Positions 36,783 through 45,743 of a stretch of 64,000 nt of DNA are shown here, piece by piece. Below the pieces are notes generated by a model. It had not been told where the DNA came from, did not search any database, and saw only the letters and a program-made list of their open reading frames with translations. Position numbers and translations under genes: made by a program. Within the stretch, counting starts at the first letter, position 1. Every line of letters starts with the position of its first letter. The stretch comes from Mycobacteriales bacterium (GTDB taxonomy: Bacteria > Actinomycetota > Actinomycetes > Mycobacteriales > QHCA01): contig JBBRYN010000001.1 of NCBI GenBank assembly GCA_038237645.1, positions 55,899-119,898 on the forward strand, in the 5' to 3' direction.

Positions 36783-39700
36783 GAAGTGCCTTGGCAGATC
36801 CATTCGTGCACTTACACGTCGCGTCGGGCTACTCGCTGCGGCACGGCGCGAGCTCACCGCGGGTCCTGGCCGAGCGGGCCGCCGAGCACGGCATGGACTC
36901 CCTGGCGCTGACCGACCGGGACGGCGTCTACGGCGCAGTGAAGTTCGTCATCGCCTGCCGGAGTGTCGGAGTGCGGCCCTTGCTCGGGGTCGATCTCGCC
37001 GTCGCACCGGGAAGCACCGCAGCACCGGGAAGCACCGCAGCACCGGGAAGCACCGCAGCACCGGGAAGCACCGCCCGGCGCACCCCCGCACGGGGCGGAG
37101 CGGAGGTTGATCCCCGATTGCCGCGGGTGACCCTGCTGGCCCAAGACGGGCGTGGGTGGGCTTCGTTGTGCCGGCTGATCAGTGCCACGCATTTGGCGGG
37201 GGAGCGAAGTCGCCCGGTCACCTCGCTCGACCTGATCGCGTCGCATGCGGCCGGGTTGTTCGTGTTGCTAGGGCCGGCCTCGGAGTTGGGTCGCGCGGTG
37301 GCCGCCCACCGCCCCGACCTGGCCCGGGCCGTCCTTGCTCGCTGGCGAGCGGTGCTCCCCGCGGAGGATCTGCTCGTCGAGATCGTCTCCCACCGAGGAC
37401 GCGGAGACACCGGGCGGGCGGCGGCACTGCTCGGGTTTGCCGCAGCGACCAGCCTGCCAGCGATGCTGACCAACGCGGTGCGCTTCGCCGATCGGGCCAA
37501 CGCGCCGATTGCGGATGTTCTCGACTCCGCCCGCCGGCTGGTCCCCCTCGGTGCCCGCTCGGTCGACCGTGTCAACGCCGAGGGCTATCTGAAGTCGGGC
37601 AAGGAGATGGCCGTGGCGGCCTACGAGGTGTGCGGCCCCGACCGCGACGCGGCTGATCGCCTGCTTGCCCGCACCAGGCACGTTGCCGATCGGTGCGCGG
37701 TCGACCCCCGCACCGATATGGGCATCGGCGAAGTGCACTTCCCCGAGCTCGGGGGAGCCGGGGCCAACGGTGCGGCGGGTGCGGCGAGGGCCGTGCTGCG
37801 GGCCAGGTGCGAGGCGGGTTTGGGTCGGCGAGTCATGGCACCCACCGCAGAAGTCCAAGAGCGGCTCGATCACGAACTCGGCATCATCGACGGGCTCGGC
37901 TATCCGTCGTACTTCCTGACCGTGGCCGACATCGCCGACCTCATTCGCTCGCTGGGCGTGCGCTGTGCTGCCCGGGGATCGGGCGCCGGCAGCCTCGTCA
38001 CCTACCTGCTGGGAATCTCCGATGTCGATCCGATCCGTTACCGGCTGCTGATGGAGCGCTTTCTGTCGCCGCTGCGCCAAGCGTTGCCCGACATCGACAT
38101 CGACGTGGAGTCGGCTCGCCGGACAGAGGTCTACGAGGCGGTGCTTGCGCGATTCGGTGCGCAGCGGTGCACGTGCGTATCGATGATGGACACCTACCGC
38201 GCCCGGCATGCGATCCGCGATGTCGGGGCGGCGCTCGGGCTGCCGCCAGGTGAGATCGACGCGGTGGCCAAGGCGTTTCCGCACATTCGGGCAAACCAGC
38301 TCCATCAGGCGTTGCACGACCTGCCCGAGCTACGGGCCAGCGGGTTGGGGGAGGCGCGCCTGTCGCTGCTGTTCACCCTGGCCGAACGGCTGGACGGGCT
38401 TCCTCGGCACATTGCCCTGCACCCCTGCGGTGTGTTGCTCTCCGATAAGACGCTGCTCGACCGCACGCCGGTCGAGGCGAGCTACCTGGGCTTCCCGATG
38501 AGCCAGTTCGACAAGGACGACGTCGAGGAACTCGGATTTCTCAAGCTCGACCTGCTCGGCATCCGGATGCAGTCGGCGATGGCCCACGCGATCGACGAGG
38601 TGCAGCGGGTCGACGGGGAGCGGATCGACATCGACGCGGTGCCGCGCGACGACCCGACGACCTTTGCGCTTGTGCGCTCCACCCGGCTGCTCGGTTGCTT
38701 CCAGATCGAGTCTCCCGGCCAGCGCGAATTGATCGGCAAGTTCGGGCCCGAGACGTTCGATGACCTCATCGTCGACATCTCGCTGTTCCGTCCCGGGCCG
38801 GTCAAGAGCGACATGGTGACACCGTTCCTCGAGGCCCGGCAGGGCTGGCGGCCGCCCAGCTACTTCCACGACGACGTACGCCCGGCGCTCGAGCAGACCT
38901 GCGGCGTGGTCGTCTTCCACGAGCAGGTGCTCGAGATCGTCGCTGTGTTGACCGGCTGCTCGCTTGCCGAGGCCGACGAGGTGCGTCGCGCGCTCGGCGA
39001 CAAGGACGGCCAGGAGGAGGTGCGGGTCTGGTTCCGCCCATTGGTGCTGGCTCGTGGCTACGACCTGGCCACCGTCGATCGGGCGTGGGAGATTCTGCGC
39101 GCCTTCGGTTCGTTCGGTTTCTGCAAGGCTCATGCGGCGGCGTTTGCCCTGCCGACCTACCAGTCGGCGTGGCTCAAGGCGCACCATCCGGCCGCATTCC
39201 TCGCCGGAGTCCTCACCCATGACCCGGGCATGTATCCCAAGCGGCTGATTCTCGACGACGCCCGGCAGTTCGGCATCGCCGTGCTCGGGCTCGACGTCAA
39301 CGTTTCCGAGTCGACCTATCGGATGGAGCGGGTAGGAGACTTCGACGAGCCGCCATCGGGGATCCCCGCCCGGCCTCCGCGGGCGAGTTCCGAGGACCCC
39401 GGCCGGTCGTCGCGGGCGAGTTCCGAGGACCCCGGCTGGCCGAACAGTCGTTGTCATGGGATCCGGTTGTCGCTGGCCGACGTCAGGGGCATCTCCGCAG
39501 CCGAGATCGCCCGGATCGTGGCCGGCCGGCCCTACCATTGCCTGGCCGACTTCTGGCACCGTGCGGCGGTGTCCCGCCCGATCGCGGAGCGACTGGTGGT
39601 GGCAGGCGGCTTCGACACCCTCTACGGCATCGGGACGTCGCTGACGGTGCGCCGACAAGGTCAGGTGACCCGGCGTGACCTGCTGTTGCAGGTCGCCGAG

Positions 39701-40624
39701 CTCGACCAGTGGTCCCGGGGCGTGCGGCGGTCTGCTCGGGCGACGGCACCGCGTCTGGCAGGCAAGGGCCGCCGCAAGGCCGGCGGCAGCGGCGAGCGGA
39801 GCGGCTCACCCACAGACGATCCGATCCGCAGCCAGGCAGCCGGTCAGTCTCAGGCCGCGGCCGTGCCGGAGCCGGTTGACGTCCAGCTGATCCTCGACCT
39901 CGGTGACGACCCGGGGCACACCAGCCTGTCCGGGCTACCTGAGATGACCGGTGCCGAGCGGGTACGCGCCGAGCTCGACGTGCTCGGCCTCGACGCGAGC
40001 CAGCACATCGTGGATTTCTACGAGCCGTTCTTCGCCGCGGTCGGAATTACCCGGTCGCGGGATCTGCTCGGCTGTCGCAGCAAGGCCGAAGTGCTGGTCG
40101 CGGGAGTCAAGGTCGCCACCCAGACGCCACCGGTCAGGTCTGGCCGGCGGGTCGTTTTCGTCACCCTCGACGACGCCACCGGGCCGGTCGACGCGACGTT
40201 CTTCGAGGATGCCCAAGTCGGCTATGCCAGCACTCTTTTTCACTGCTGGCTGCTGGTCATCCGCGGTGAGGTTCGGCGGACGGGCCGGCGCGGGGTGTCG
40301 ATCCGGGCGACCGGCTGCTGGGAACTCCCCGCGTTGCGGGACGCATGGGAGTGCGGCGGCCTGGCGGCGGTCGCCGCGGCGATGCGGGCCCCTGCCGTGC
40401 TCACCGAGGAAGCGGTCCACGGCGCCGCCGAGAGCAGATCGGGCCGCCCCGTGACGACCCGGCCGCCGGGAGCCGGCCATGACGGTCCGGCCGGCCGCGC
40501 CGTGCTGGTCTCGGCCACCGGTTTCCGGCTCTCGCCATATGCCGACATCAAGCCACCTGGTGAAGCATCCCAGGGGGCGCCGCGCAAGCTGTGGCATTCC
40601 AGCCCGGGGAGTTCCGGTGGATGA
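36779..40624 (+). CDS. dnaE2: DnaE2-like error-prone DNA polymerase (DnaE-family C polymerase)
   Basis: The N-terminus FVHLHVASGYSLRHGASSPRVLAERAAEHGMDSLALTDRDGVYGAVKF resembles mycobacterial DnaE2 (ELHAHSAYSFLDGAS...ALTDHDGLYGAVRF). Core motifs are GCFQIESPGQRE, ISLFRPGP and FGFCKAHAAAFA, and the OB fold is VFVTLDDATGPVDATFF. GTG at 36779 overlaps the upstream stop (GTGA). Confidence 0.85.
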   Translation: MRSALADPFVHLHVASGYSLRHGASSPRVLAERAAEHGMDSLALTDRDGVYGAVKFVIACRSVGVRPLLGVDLAVAPGSTAAPGSTAAPGSTAAPGSTARRTPARGGAEVDPRLPRVTLLAQDGRGWASLCRLISATHLAGERSRPVTSLDLIASHAAGLFVLLGPASELGRAVAAHRPDLARAVLARWRAVLPAEDLLVEIVSHRGRGDTGRAAALLGFAAATSLPAMLTNAVRFADRANAPIADVLDSARRLVPLGARSVDRVNAEGYLKSGKEMAVAAYEVCGPDRDAADRLLARTRHVADRCAVDPRTDMGIGEVHFPELGGAGANGAAGAARAVLRARCEAGLGRRVMAPTAEVQERLDHELGIIDGLGYPSYFLTVADIADLIRSLGVRCAARGSGAGSLVTYLLGISDVDPIRYRLLMERFLSPLRQALPDIDIDVESARRTEVYEAVLARFGAQRCTCVSMMDTYRARHAIRDVGAALGLPPGEIDAVAKAFPHIRANQLHQALHDLPELRASGLGEARLSLLFTLAERLDGLPRHIALHPCGVLLSDKTLLDRTPVEASYLGFPMSQFDKDDVEELGFLKLDLLGIRMQSAMAHAIDEVQRVDGERIDIDAVPRDDPTTFALVRSTRLLGCFQIESPGQRELIGKFGPETFDDLIVDISLFRPGPVKSDMVTPFLEARQGWRPPSYFHDDVRPALEQTCGVVVFHEQVLEIVAVLTGCSLAEADEVRRALGDKDGQEEVRVWFRPLVLARGYDLATVDRAWEILRAFGSFGFCKAHAAAFALPTYQSAWLKAHHPAAFLAGVLTHDPGMYPKRLILDDARQFGIAVLGLDVNVSESTYRMERVGDFDEPPSGIPARPPRASSEDPGRSSRASSEDPGWPNSRCHGIRLSLADVRGISAAEIARIVAGRPYHCLADFWHRAAVSRPIAERLVVAGGFDTLYGIGTSLTVRRQGQVTRRDLLLQVAELDQWSRGVRRSARATAPRLAGKGRRKAGGSGERSGSPTDDPIRSQAAGQSQAAAVPEPVDVQLILDLGDDPGHTSLSGLPEMTGAERVRAELDVLGLDASQHIVDFYEPFFAAVGITRSRDLLGCRSKAEVLVAGVKVATQTPPVRSGRRVVFVTLDDATGPVDATFFEDAQVGYASTLFHCWLLVIRGEVRRTGRRGVSIRATGCWELPALRDAWECGGLAAVAAAMRAPAVLTEEAVHGAAESRSGRPVTTRPPGAGHDGPAGRAVLVSATGFRLSPYADIKPPGEASQGAPRKLWHSSPGSSGG
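37004..37075 (+). repeat. 18-bp x4 in-frame tandem repeat inside dnaE2 (APGSTA x4)
   Basis: GCACCGGGAAGCACCGCA is repeated four times, with the last base of copy 4 being C. It encodes residues of about 76-99 in the PHP domain. Confidence 0.95.
39378..39436 (+). repeat. 33-bp-period in-frame duplication inside dnaE2 (RASSEDPG x2)
   Basis: CGCGGGCGAGTTCCGAGGACCCCGGC occurs at 39378-39403 and again at 39411-39436, separated by CGGTCGT. It encodes PRASSEDPGRSSRASSEDPGWPN. Confidence 0.9.
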
Positions 40625-40699
40625 CCCTGCGCCGCCGATACGCTCGCGGGACGGGTTCGCCGACGACGGCGGCACGGGTCCAGCGCGAGGAGACACTCA

Positions 40700-41443
40700 G
40701 TGGCAGATCCCGGCAGGGCGCATACCGCTCCGCGCACTGCTGTTGTATGGACGGTGCTGCGAGCCGAGCTCGACCGCCATCCTGACGCCTCGCTGCGGGT
40801 GCTCGACGTCGGTGGCGGAAGCGGACAGTTCGCGGTGCCATTGGCCGAGCTCGGCCACCAGGTCACCGTTGTCGACGCCAGCCCCGACGCGCTCGCTGCC
40901 CTGGAGCGCCGGGCCGCCGAGCGGGGGGTGGCTGCGCGCATCACCGGTGTCCAGGGTGATGCCGACACGGTCCTGCAGGTCGTCGGGGCGTTCAGTCAAG
41001 ACCTCGTGCTGTGCCACAGCCTGCTCGAGGTCGTCGACGAGCCGGCCGCCGCACTCGACCCGATCGCCCAAACGATGCGCCCAGGCGGGTGTGCCAGCGT
41101 GCTCGTGGCCAACCGCAACGCCGTGGTGTTGTCGCGGGCGCTCGGCGGCCATCTTGCCGACGCGGTCCGGGCCATGCACGACCCGGCCGGGCGGTGGGGT
41201 GACGGCGATGCGGCACTTCGTCGCTACGACCTGCCTGAGGCAACCGCGCTGCTGGCTGCGGCCGGCCTGGTCATCGAGGCGGTGCATGGTGTGCGTGTCG
41301 TCGCCGACCTGGTGCCAGGCGTCCTCGCCGACGCGGAGACCGGTGGCCTCAAGGCCCTTCTCGAGCTGGAGCTGGCGGCCGCCGGCCGGTCGCCCTTCCG
41401 CGACATCGCCACCCAACTTCACCTGCTCGCCCGCCGGGGCTGA
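40700..41443 (+). CDS. Class I SAM-dependent methyltransferase
   Basis: RVLDVGGGSGQFAVPLAELGHQVTVVD (motif I). GTG at 40700 has GAGGAG 7 nt upstream. Confidence 0.8.
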   Translation: MADPGRAHTAPRTAVVWTVLRAELDRHPDASLRVLDVGGGSGQFAVPLAELGHQVTVVDASPDALAALERRAAERGVAARITGVQGDADTVLQVVGAFSQDLVLCHSLLEVVDEPAAALDPIAQTMRPGGCASVLVANRNAVVLSRALGGHLADAVRAMHDPAGRWGDGDAALRRYDLPEATALLAAAGLVIEAVHGVRVVADLVPGVLADAETGGLKALLELELAAAGRSPFRDIATQLHLLARRG

Positions 41444-41467
41444 TGTGACGGCGGCCGGAGAGGTCTG

Positions 41468-42775
41468 GTGAGTCGCTCCGCCCCCCCGCCGGTCGGTCCG
41501 GCCCCGGGCCCGGCCGCAGATGACACGGCCTGCACGATCCTGCACGTCGACATGGACGCGTTTTATGCCAGCGTCGAGCTGCGCCGCCGTCCCGATCTGC
41601 GAGGCAGGCCGGTGATCGTGGGTGGCAACGGTTCGCGGGGAGTTGTCCTGTCCGCGACCTACGAGGCGCGGGCGTTCGGCGTGCGTAGTGCCATGCCGGT
41701 GATGCGAGCCCGCCGGCTGTGCCCGCAAGCCACGATGGTGCGCCCGGACTTCGCCGCCTATACCCAGGCCTCCCGCGGGGTGATGGAGGTGTTCCGATCG
41801 ATCACGCCGTTGTTCGAACCGCTGTCCCTGGACGAGGCGTTCCTCGATGTGAGCGGCACCCGGCGGCGGCTCGGCCGGCCGGTGGCTATTGCGGAGTTGA
41901 TCCGCGGCCGCATCGCCGATGAGCAGGACATCACCTGCTCGGTGGGCGTAGCGACGACGAAGTTCGTCGCCAAGCTCGCCTCGGCCCGCTGCAAACCGGA
42001 TGGCCTGCTCGTCGTGCCCGCGGGCGGCGTGGTGGGCTTCCTGCATCCCTTACCCGTGGGTGCCTTGTGGGGGGTGGGGGAGCGGACGGAGGAATTACTG
42101 CTGCGGCTGGGGCTCAAGACCGTCGGCGATATCGCCAACGCTGCGGTGGCCACCCTGCGCCGGGCGCTCGGCGACGCAGCCGGAGCGCACCTGCATGCAC
42201 TGGCCTGGGGCCGCGACGAGCGCACTGTCGTGCCGCACGAGCCCGACAAGAGCATCGGTGCCGAAGAAACTTTCAGCACCGATGTCGATGATCCTGAGGT
42301 CATCCGGCGGGAGCTGCTGCGCCTGGCCGAGCGCACCGCTGCCCGACTACGTCTTAGTGACCAGGTCGGGCGAACGGTGAGCATCAAGGTGCGTTTCGCC
42401 GATTTCACCACGATCACCCGCTCCCGGACCCTTGACGTCCCGACCGACGTCGGGCGGGAGATCTATGGCACGGCACGGTCGTTGTTCGACGCGTTGGGAT
42501 TGCAACGCGCCCGGTTGCGCCTGGTCGGGGTGCGGGTTGAGGGGATCCTGCCGGGGTCGACCACCGCTCAGCAGCTGTTGCTGGGGGCTCCTGAGCACGG
42601 CTGGCGGGAGGCGGAGCAGGCGGTCGACCGGGCAGCCCGGCGATTCGGCGACGGCGCGGTCCAGCCGGCCGCCCTGGTCGATCCGACCGACCATCGGGCC
42701 GGGCAACCCGCTGCCCGGGCTGGTGCGCCCGTGAGAATGCGGGCGCTCGACCACGATTCCGGGCCGATCGGTTGA
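41468..42775 (+). CDS. dinB: DNA polymerase IV (Y-family)
   Basis: ILHVDMDAFYASVELRR, SLDEAFLDVSG and SVGVATTKFVAKLAS, so the catalytic acidic residues are present and this is DinB rather than ImuB. Confidence 0.92.
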   Translation: MSRSAPPPVGPAPGPAADDTACTILHVDMDAFYASVELRRRPDLRGRPVIVGGNGSRGVVLSATYEARAFGVRSAMPVMRARRLCPQATMVRPDFAAYTQASRGVMEVFRSITPLFEPLSLDEAFLDVSGTRRRLGRPVAIAELIRGRIADEQDITCSVGVATTKFVAKLASARCKPDGLLVVPAGGVVGFLHPLPVGALWGVGERTEELLLRLGLKTVGDIANAAVATLRRALGDAAGAHLHALAWGRDERTVVPHEPDKSIGAEETFSTDVDDPEVIRRELLRLAERTAARLRLSDQVGRTVSIKVRFADFTTITRSRTLDVPTDVGREIYGTARSLFDALGLQRARLRLVGVRVEGILPGSTTAQQLLLGAPEHGWREAEQAVDRAARRFGDGAVQPAALVDPTDHRAGQPAARAGAPVRMRALDHDSGPIG

Positions 42776-42878
42776 GCAAATTCTGAGCCTTCACTTTCCG
42801 ACGTGCGAATGCACTCGTAGACTCGGTAGGTACGACTGCGCACTGGGCGCCGCCGACCGTCCGGCAGGGGAGGAGTCC

Positions 42879-43280
42879 GTGCCTCTCTCAGAGCACGAGC
42901 AGCGCCTGCTCGATCAAATCGAGCGCGCGCTGTACGCCGAAGACCCCAAATTCGCCTCGGCCGTGCGCGCCTCCGATCCCCGCAACCGGGCGCGCCGGCG
43001 CTTGTGGCAATCCGGGGTGCTTTTCGTCGTGGGCGTCTCGTTGCTCTTCGCCGGCGTGATCAACAGCCACCTCATCGGTGCTGCCGTCGGCCTGGCCGGC
43101 TTCCTCATCATGTTCGCGGCCGCTGTTTTCGCCGCCACGAGCTGGAAGCGGATGAACGGTCGCGAGCCACTGCGCGTCGTCGGCAGCGACCGCCCCGGCC
43201 GGACGCGGGCGCGCAAGCCCTCGCTGCTCGACCGGATGGAGCAGCGCTGGCGGGGCCGCGACGAGAATCGCGGTCGCTGA
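42879..43280 (+). CDS. DUF3040 membrane protein (Rv2169c-like)
   Basis: MPLSEHEQRLLDQIERALYAEDPKFAS followed by two TM segments. GTG at 42879 is preceded by GGGGAGGAG. Confidence 0.85.
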   Translation: MPLSEHEQRLLDQIERALYAEDPKFASAVRASDPRNRARRRLWQSGVLFVVGVSLLFAGVINSHLIGAAVGLAGFLIMFAAAVFAATSWKRMNGREPLRVVGSDRPGRTRARKPSLLDRMEQRWRGRDENRGR

Positions 43281-43325
43281 CCACTCGTCGTCGCTCCGCC
43301 CGGCACGTCAGCCAAGCCACGCGGA

Positions 43326-45743
43326 TCAACCAGGAGGGTGCGGACGGAGGCGGCGCAGCACTCCCCGGCGCCCGCGTGTCAGGGCCGCGTCCACCTGGTC
43401 GAGCACATCGGCGATCCCCTTCCCGCTGCGCTGGCCGGCGAAGCGGATCGCCGAAGGGGGGAGCGCCCGTGCCCGCAGGCCCGCCCGCCGGGTGGCGCCG
43501 TGGCGCATCGCCCGGCGCAGTTGACCGACCGTGCCGGCCAGGCCGTCGGCTGACGGCGGCCGGGTCGAGTAGCGAGCCTGTTCCTCTGCCCTGGCCAGCC
43601 GGCGAAGCGCCGCGGCGGAAGCGTCGTCAAGGCCGGTGTCACGCGACAAACATTCGGCCGTAATCCGCGGGGTCTGCGCCTCGTCCGTGACATGGCCCAG
43701 GTCGTAGGCGCTGGCCAGCACCTCGTCCCAGGCGGCGTTGACCGCCAGCCGCGGGTCACTGCCGGACACCTCGCGCAGCCGCCTGCGCCGGCCCACCACC
43801 CGGAGGGCCGCTGGCGCGATGCACAGGAGTGCGCCCAGCAGGCCAGCAGATGCCCATTGTCCGGTGCGGTCCGGCGGGACCGCCGGCGTGATCGGCGCCG
43901 GCAGCGGTAGCGCGGTGTCCGACCGCCCTTCCCGGTCCTCGTGTGCCCCGACCTGGTGCGTCTTGTTGGTCTCGCCCGCCCCGGCCCCGCTCGGGTGATC
44001 CGGGGAGTCTCCGTCCGTCGCCGCGCTCGGCGCCGTGTAGGGCAGGATCGTGGCCCGGCCGGCGCCGCCCAGCGGGGTCGGATCCCAGGCGATCCAGCCA
44101 ACGTTGGAGAAGTAGATCTCCACCCATGCGTGCGCATCGCTCGTCGTGACCGACCAGTAGCCCTTCTTTCGCTGACCCTTCGTGTAGCCGATCGCGACCC
44201 TTGCCGGCAGCTCCGCGTATCGGGCCATCGCCGCCATCGCGGACGCGTACTGCTCGCAGTAACCGGCCTTGCTGTCGAGGAACTCCAGCAGGGCGCCGCC
44301 GCCGTTGCCGGGCGCAGTGCTGGTGGTGTATCGGAAGGGCTGCTTGCCGTCACGGAAGTAGTTGTAGAGCGCGAGCGCCCTTTCGTAGGGCGTGTTCCGC
44401 TGAGCGACGATGGCTTCGACCCGTTTCTTGATCTCCGGCCCGTCCGCGATGTCCGGCGTACTTCGATAGGCGGCCTGAGGGTCGGCGCTCCCCATCTCGT
44501 CACTGGCCTGCTTGAGCAGATCCGTCAACCGTGGGCTGAATCGATCGGGCGTGACGGACTGGAAGGAGTACTGCAGGTCCCTGGTGTTGGTCCGGCCGCT
44601 GAAGACGGTGCCACTGCGGGGGTCATAGCGCCAGTCGCCGTGGACGCTGACCCTCGTCGGAGTCGAATACACCGGCAGGTATTGCGACGTGCCCAGGCCG
44701 CGCACCTGCACCGACGTCTTGAACCTGACCTGCGGGACGGCACGGCCGATGCCCGCAACGGGCAGCCCGCCGCTCACCGGGCGGGTCGGCGAGGAGGTCA
44801 GCGGCGTCTGCTTCCACCCGCCGCCGGTGAACCGGTCGAGCGTCGTCACGCGCAGGTAAAAGGGCTGCGGATCGTCGGTGCGGACGCGGAGCAGCTCGAT
44901 CGGGGTCAGGCGGGTCAACTGCCCACGCAGCGCAGTGATCGGATTCAGGGCGGCGGAGTAGCCGCCCGGCCCCGAGCCGACGCCCTGGCCGCTGGCCAAT
45001 CCGGCCAGGCCGCCGGTGTGCACAAAGGGAATGACCACCGGCACCACGACGGCGATTCCGATCGCGGCCACCCCGATACGCCGGCCGACGGCAGTGATCG
45101 GGGAGGGTTCGAACGGGTCCGGCCGCCAGCCGTCGCCTTCGGTGGAGTGTTCGGTGAACGGGCGCCCCCATCGGGTGACGCGATCCCTGCCCTCGGCCAG
45201 CAGGAGGACGACGTATCCGGTGGCGCCCACGGCGAAGGGCAGCCAGCCGATGCCGTCGCGGGCCACGGCGACCGGCACCGCGAACATGGCGAGCAGCGGG
45301 AGACCGGCCAATGCCGCCCGTCGCATGCTCACCGTCAGGGCATCGATGACGATGGCTGCCGAACCCACGCCCAGCACGGTCAACAGCAGCAGGCCGCGAT
45401 GTGGTGGGACAGGCACAGCGAGCTGGACGACGTCACTGGCGGCGGCATTGATCAATTGGCGCAGGGCGCCGAACGTGCCGGCTGTCGGTACGGCGCCGAG
45501 GATCTCCGAGCCGTTGCCGAAGAGGGCACAAATCAGCAGCCCGAGTGCACCCAGGTTGACCAGCGGCACCAGGCCGTCCGGGGCTGACAGCCGGCGGACG
45601 GCCAGGCTGGTTCCGGTGATCGTGACCACGGTGAGGATCGCGTAACCGAGCCACGCCCAGGTGTCGAACAACGGCGCAAGGGGGGCGGTGCCCAGCAGGG
45701 TGGCGACGCCGCACGTAGCGGCGAGCTGGAGCCGGCTGCTCAC
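43326..45743 (-). CDS. Transglutaminase-domain membrane protein (TgpA-like: DUF3488 + transglutaminase core + DUF4129)
   Basis: N-terminal multi-TM region and a Cys-His-Asp core (GYCEQYASAMAAMAR...DAHAWVEIYF...WIAWDPTP). GTG at 45743 overlaps the DUF58 stop (GTGA). The 997-aa track ORF is over-extended. Confidence 0.85.
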   Translation of the reverse strand: MSSRLQLAATCGVATLLGTAPLAPLFDTWAWLGYAILTVVTITGTSLAVRRLSAPDGLVPLVNLGALGLLICALFGNGSEILGAVPTAGTFGALRQLINAAASDVVQLAVPVPPHRGLLLLTVLGVGSAAIVIDALTVSMRRAALAGLPLLAMFAVPVAVARDGIGWLPFAVGATGYVVLLLAEGRDRVTRWGRPFTEHSTEGDGWRPDPFEPSPITAVGRRIGVAAIGIAVVVPVVIPFVHTGGLAGLASGQGVGSGPGGYSAALNPITALRGQLTRLTPIELLRVRTDDPQPFYLRVTTLDRFTGGGWKQTPLTSSPTRPVSGGLPVAGIGRAVPQVRFKTSVQVRGLGTSQYLPVYSTPTRVSVHGDWRYDPRSGTVFSGRTNTRDLQYSFQSVTPDRFSPRLTDLLKQASDEMGSADPQAAYRSTPDIADGPEIKKRVEAIVAQRNTPYERALALYNYFRDGKQPFRYTTSTAPGNGGGALLEFLDSKAGYCEQYASAMAAMARYAELPARVAIGYTKGQRKKGYWSVTTSDAHAWVEIYFSNVGWIAWDPTPLGGAGRATILPYTAPSAATDGDSPDHPSGAGAGETNKTHQVGAHEDREGRSDTALPLPAPITPAVPPDRTGQWASAGLLGALLCIAPAALRVVGRRRRLREVSGSDPRLAVNAAWDEVLASAYDLGHVTDEAQTPRITAECLSRDTGLDDASAAALRRLARAEEQARYSTRPPSADGLAGTVGQLRRAMRHGATRRAGLRARALPPSAIRFAGQRSGKGIADVLDQVDAALTRGRRGVLRRLRPHPPG

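Noticed and set aside
36779-40624. Assignment of the 1281-aa polymerase as the replicative DnaE1.
   Set aside because: The N-terminal block matches the DnaE2 pattern (GASxPxxL...ALTDxDGxYGAV). The OB fold lies near the C-terminus, with only a low-complexity tail after it. The operon sits behind a perfect SOS box. Some uncertainty remains without a phylogeny.
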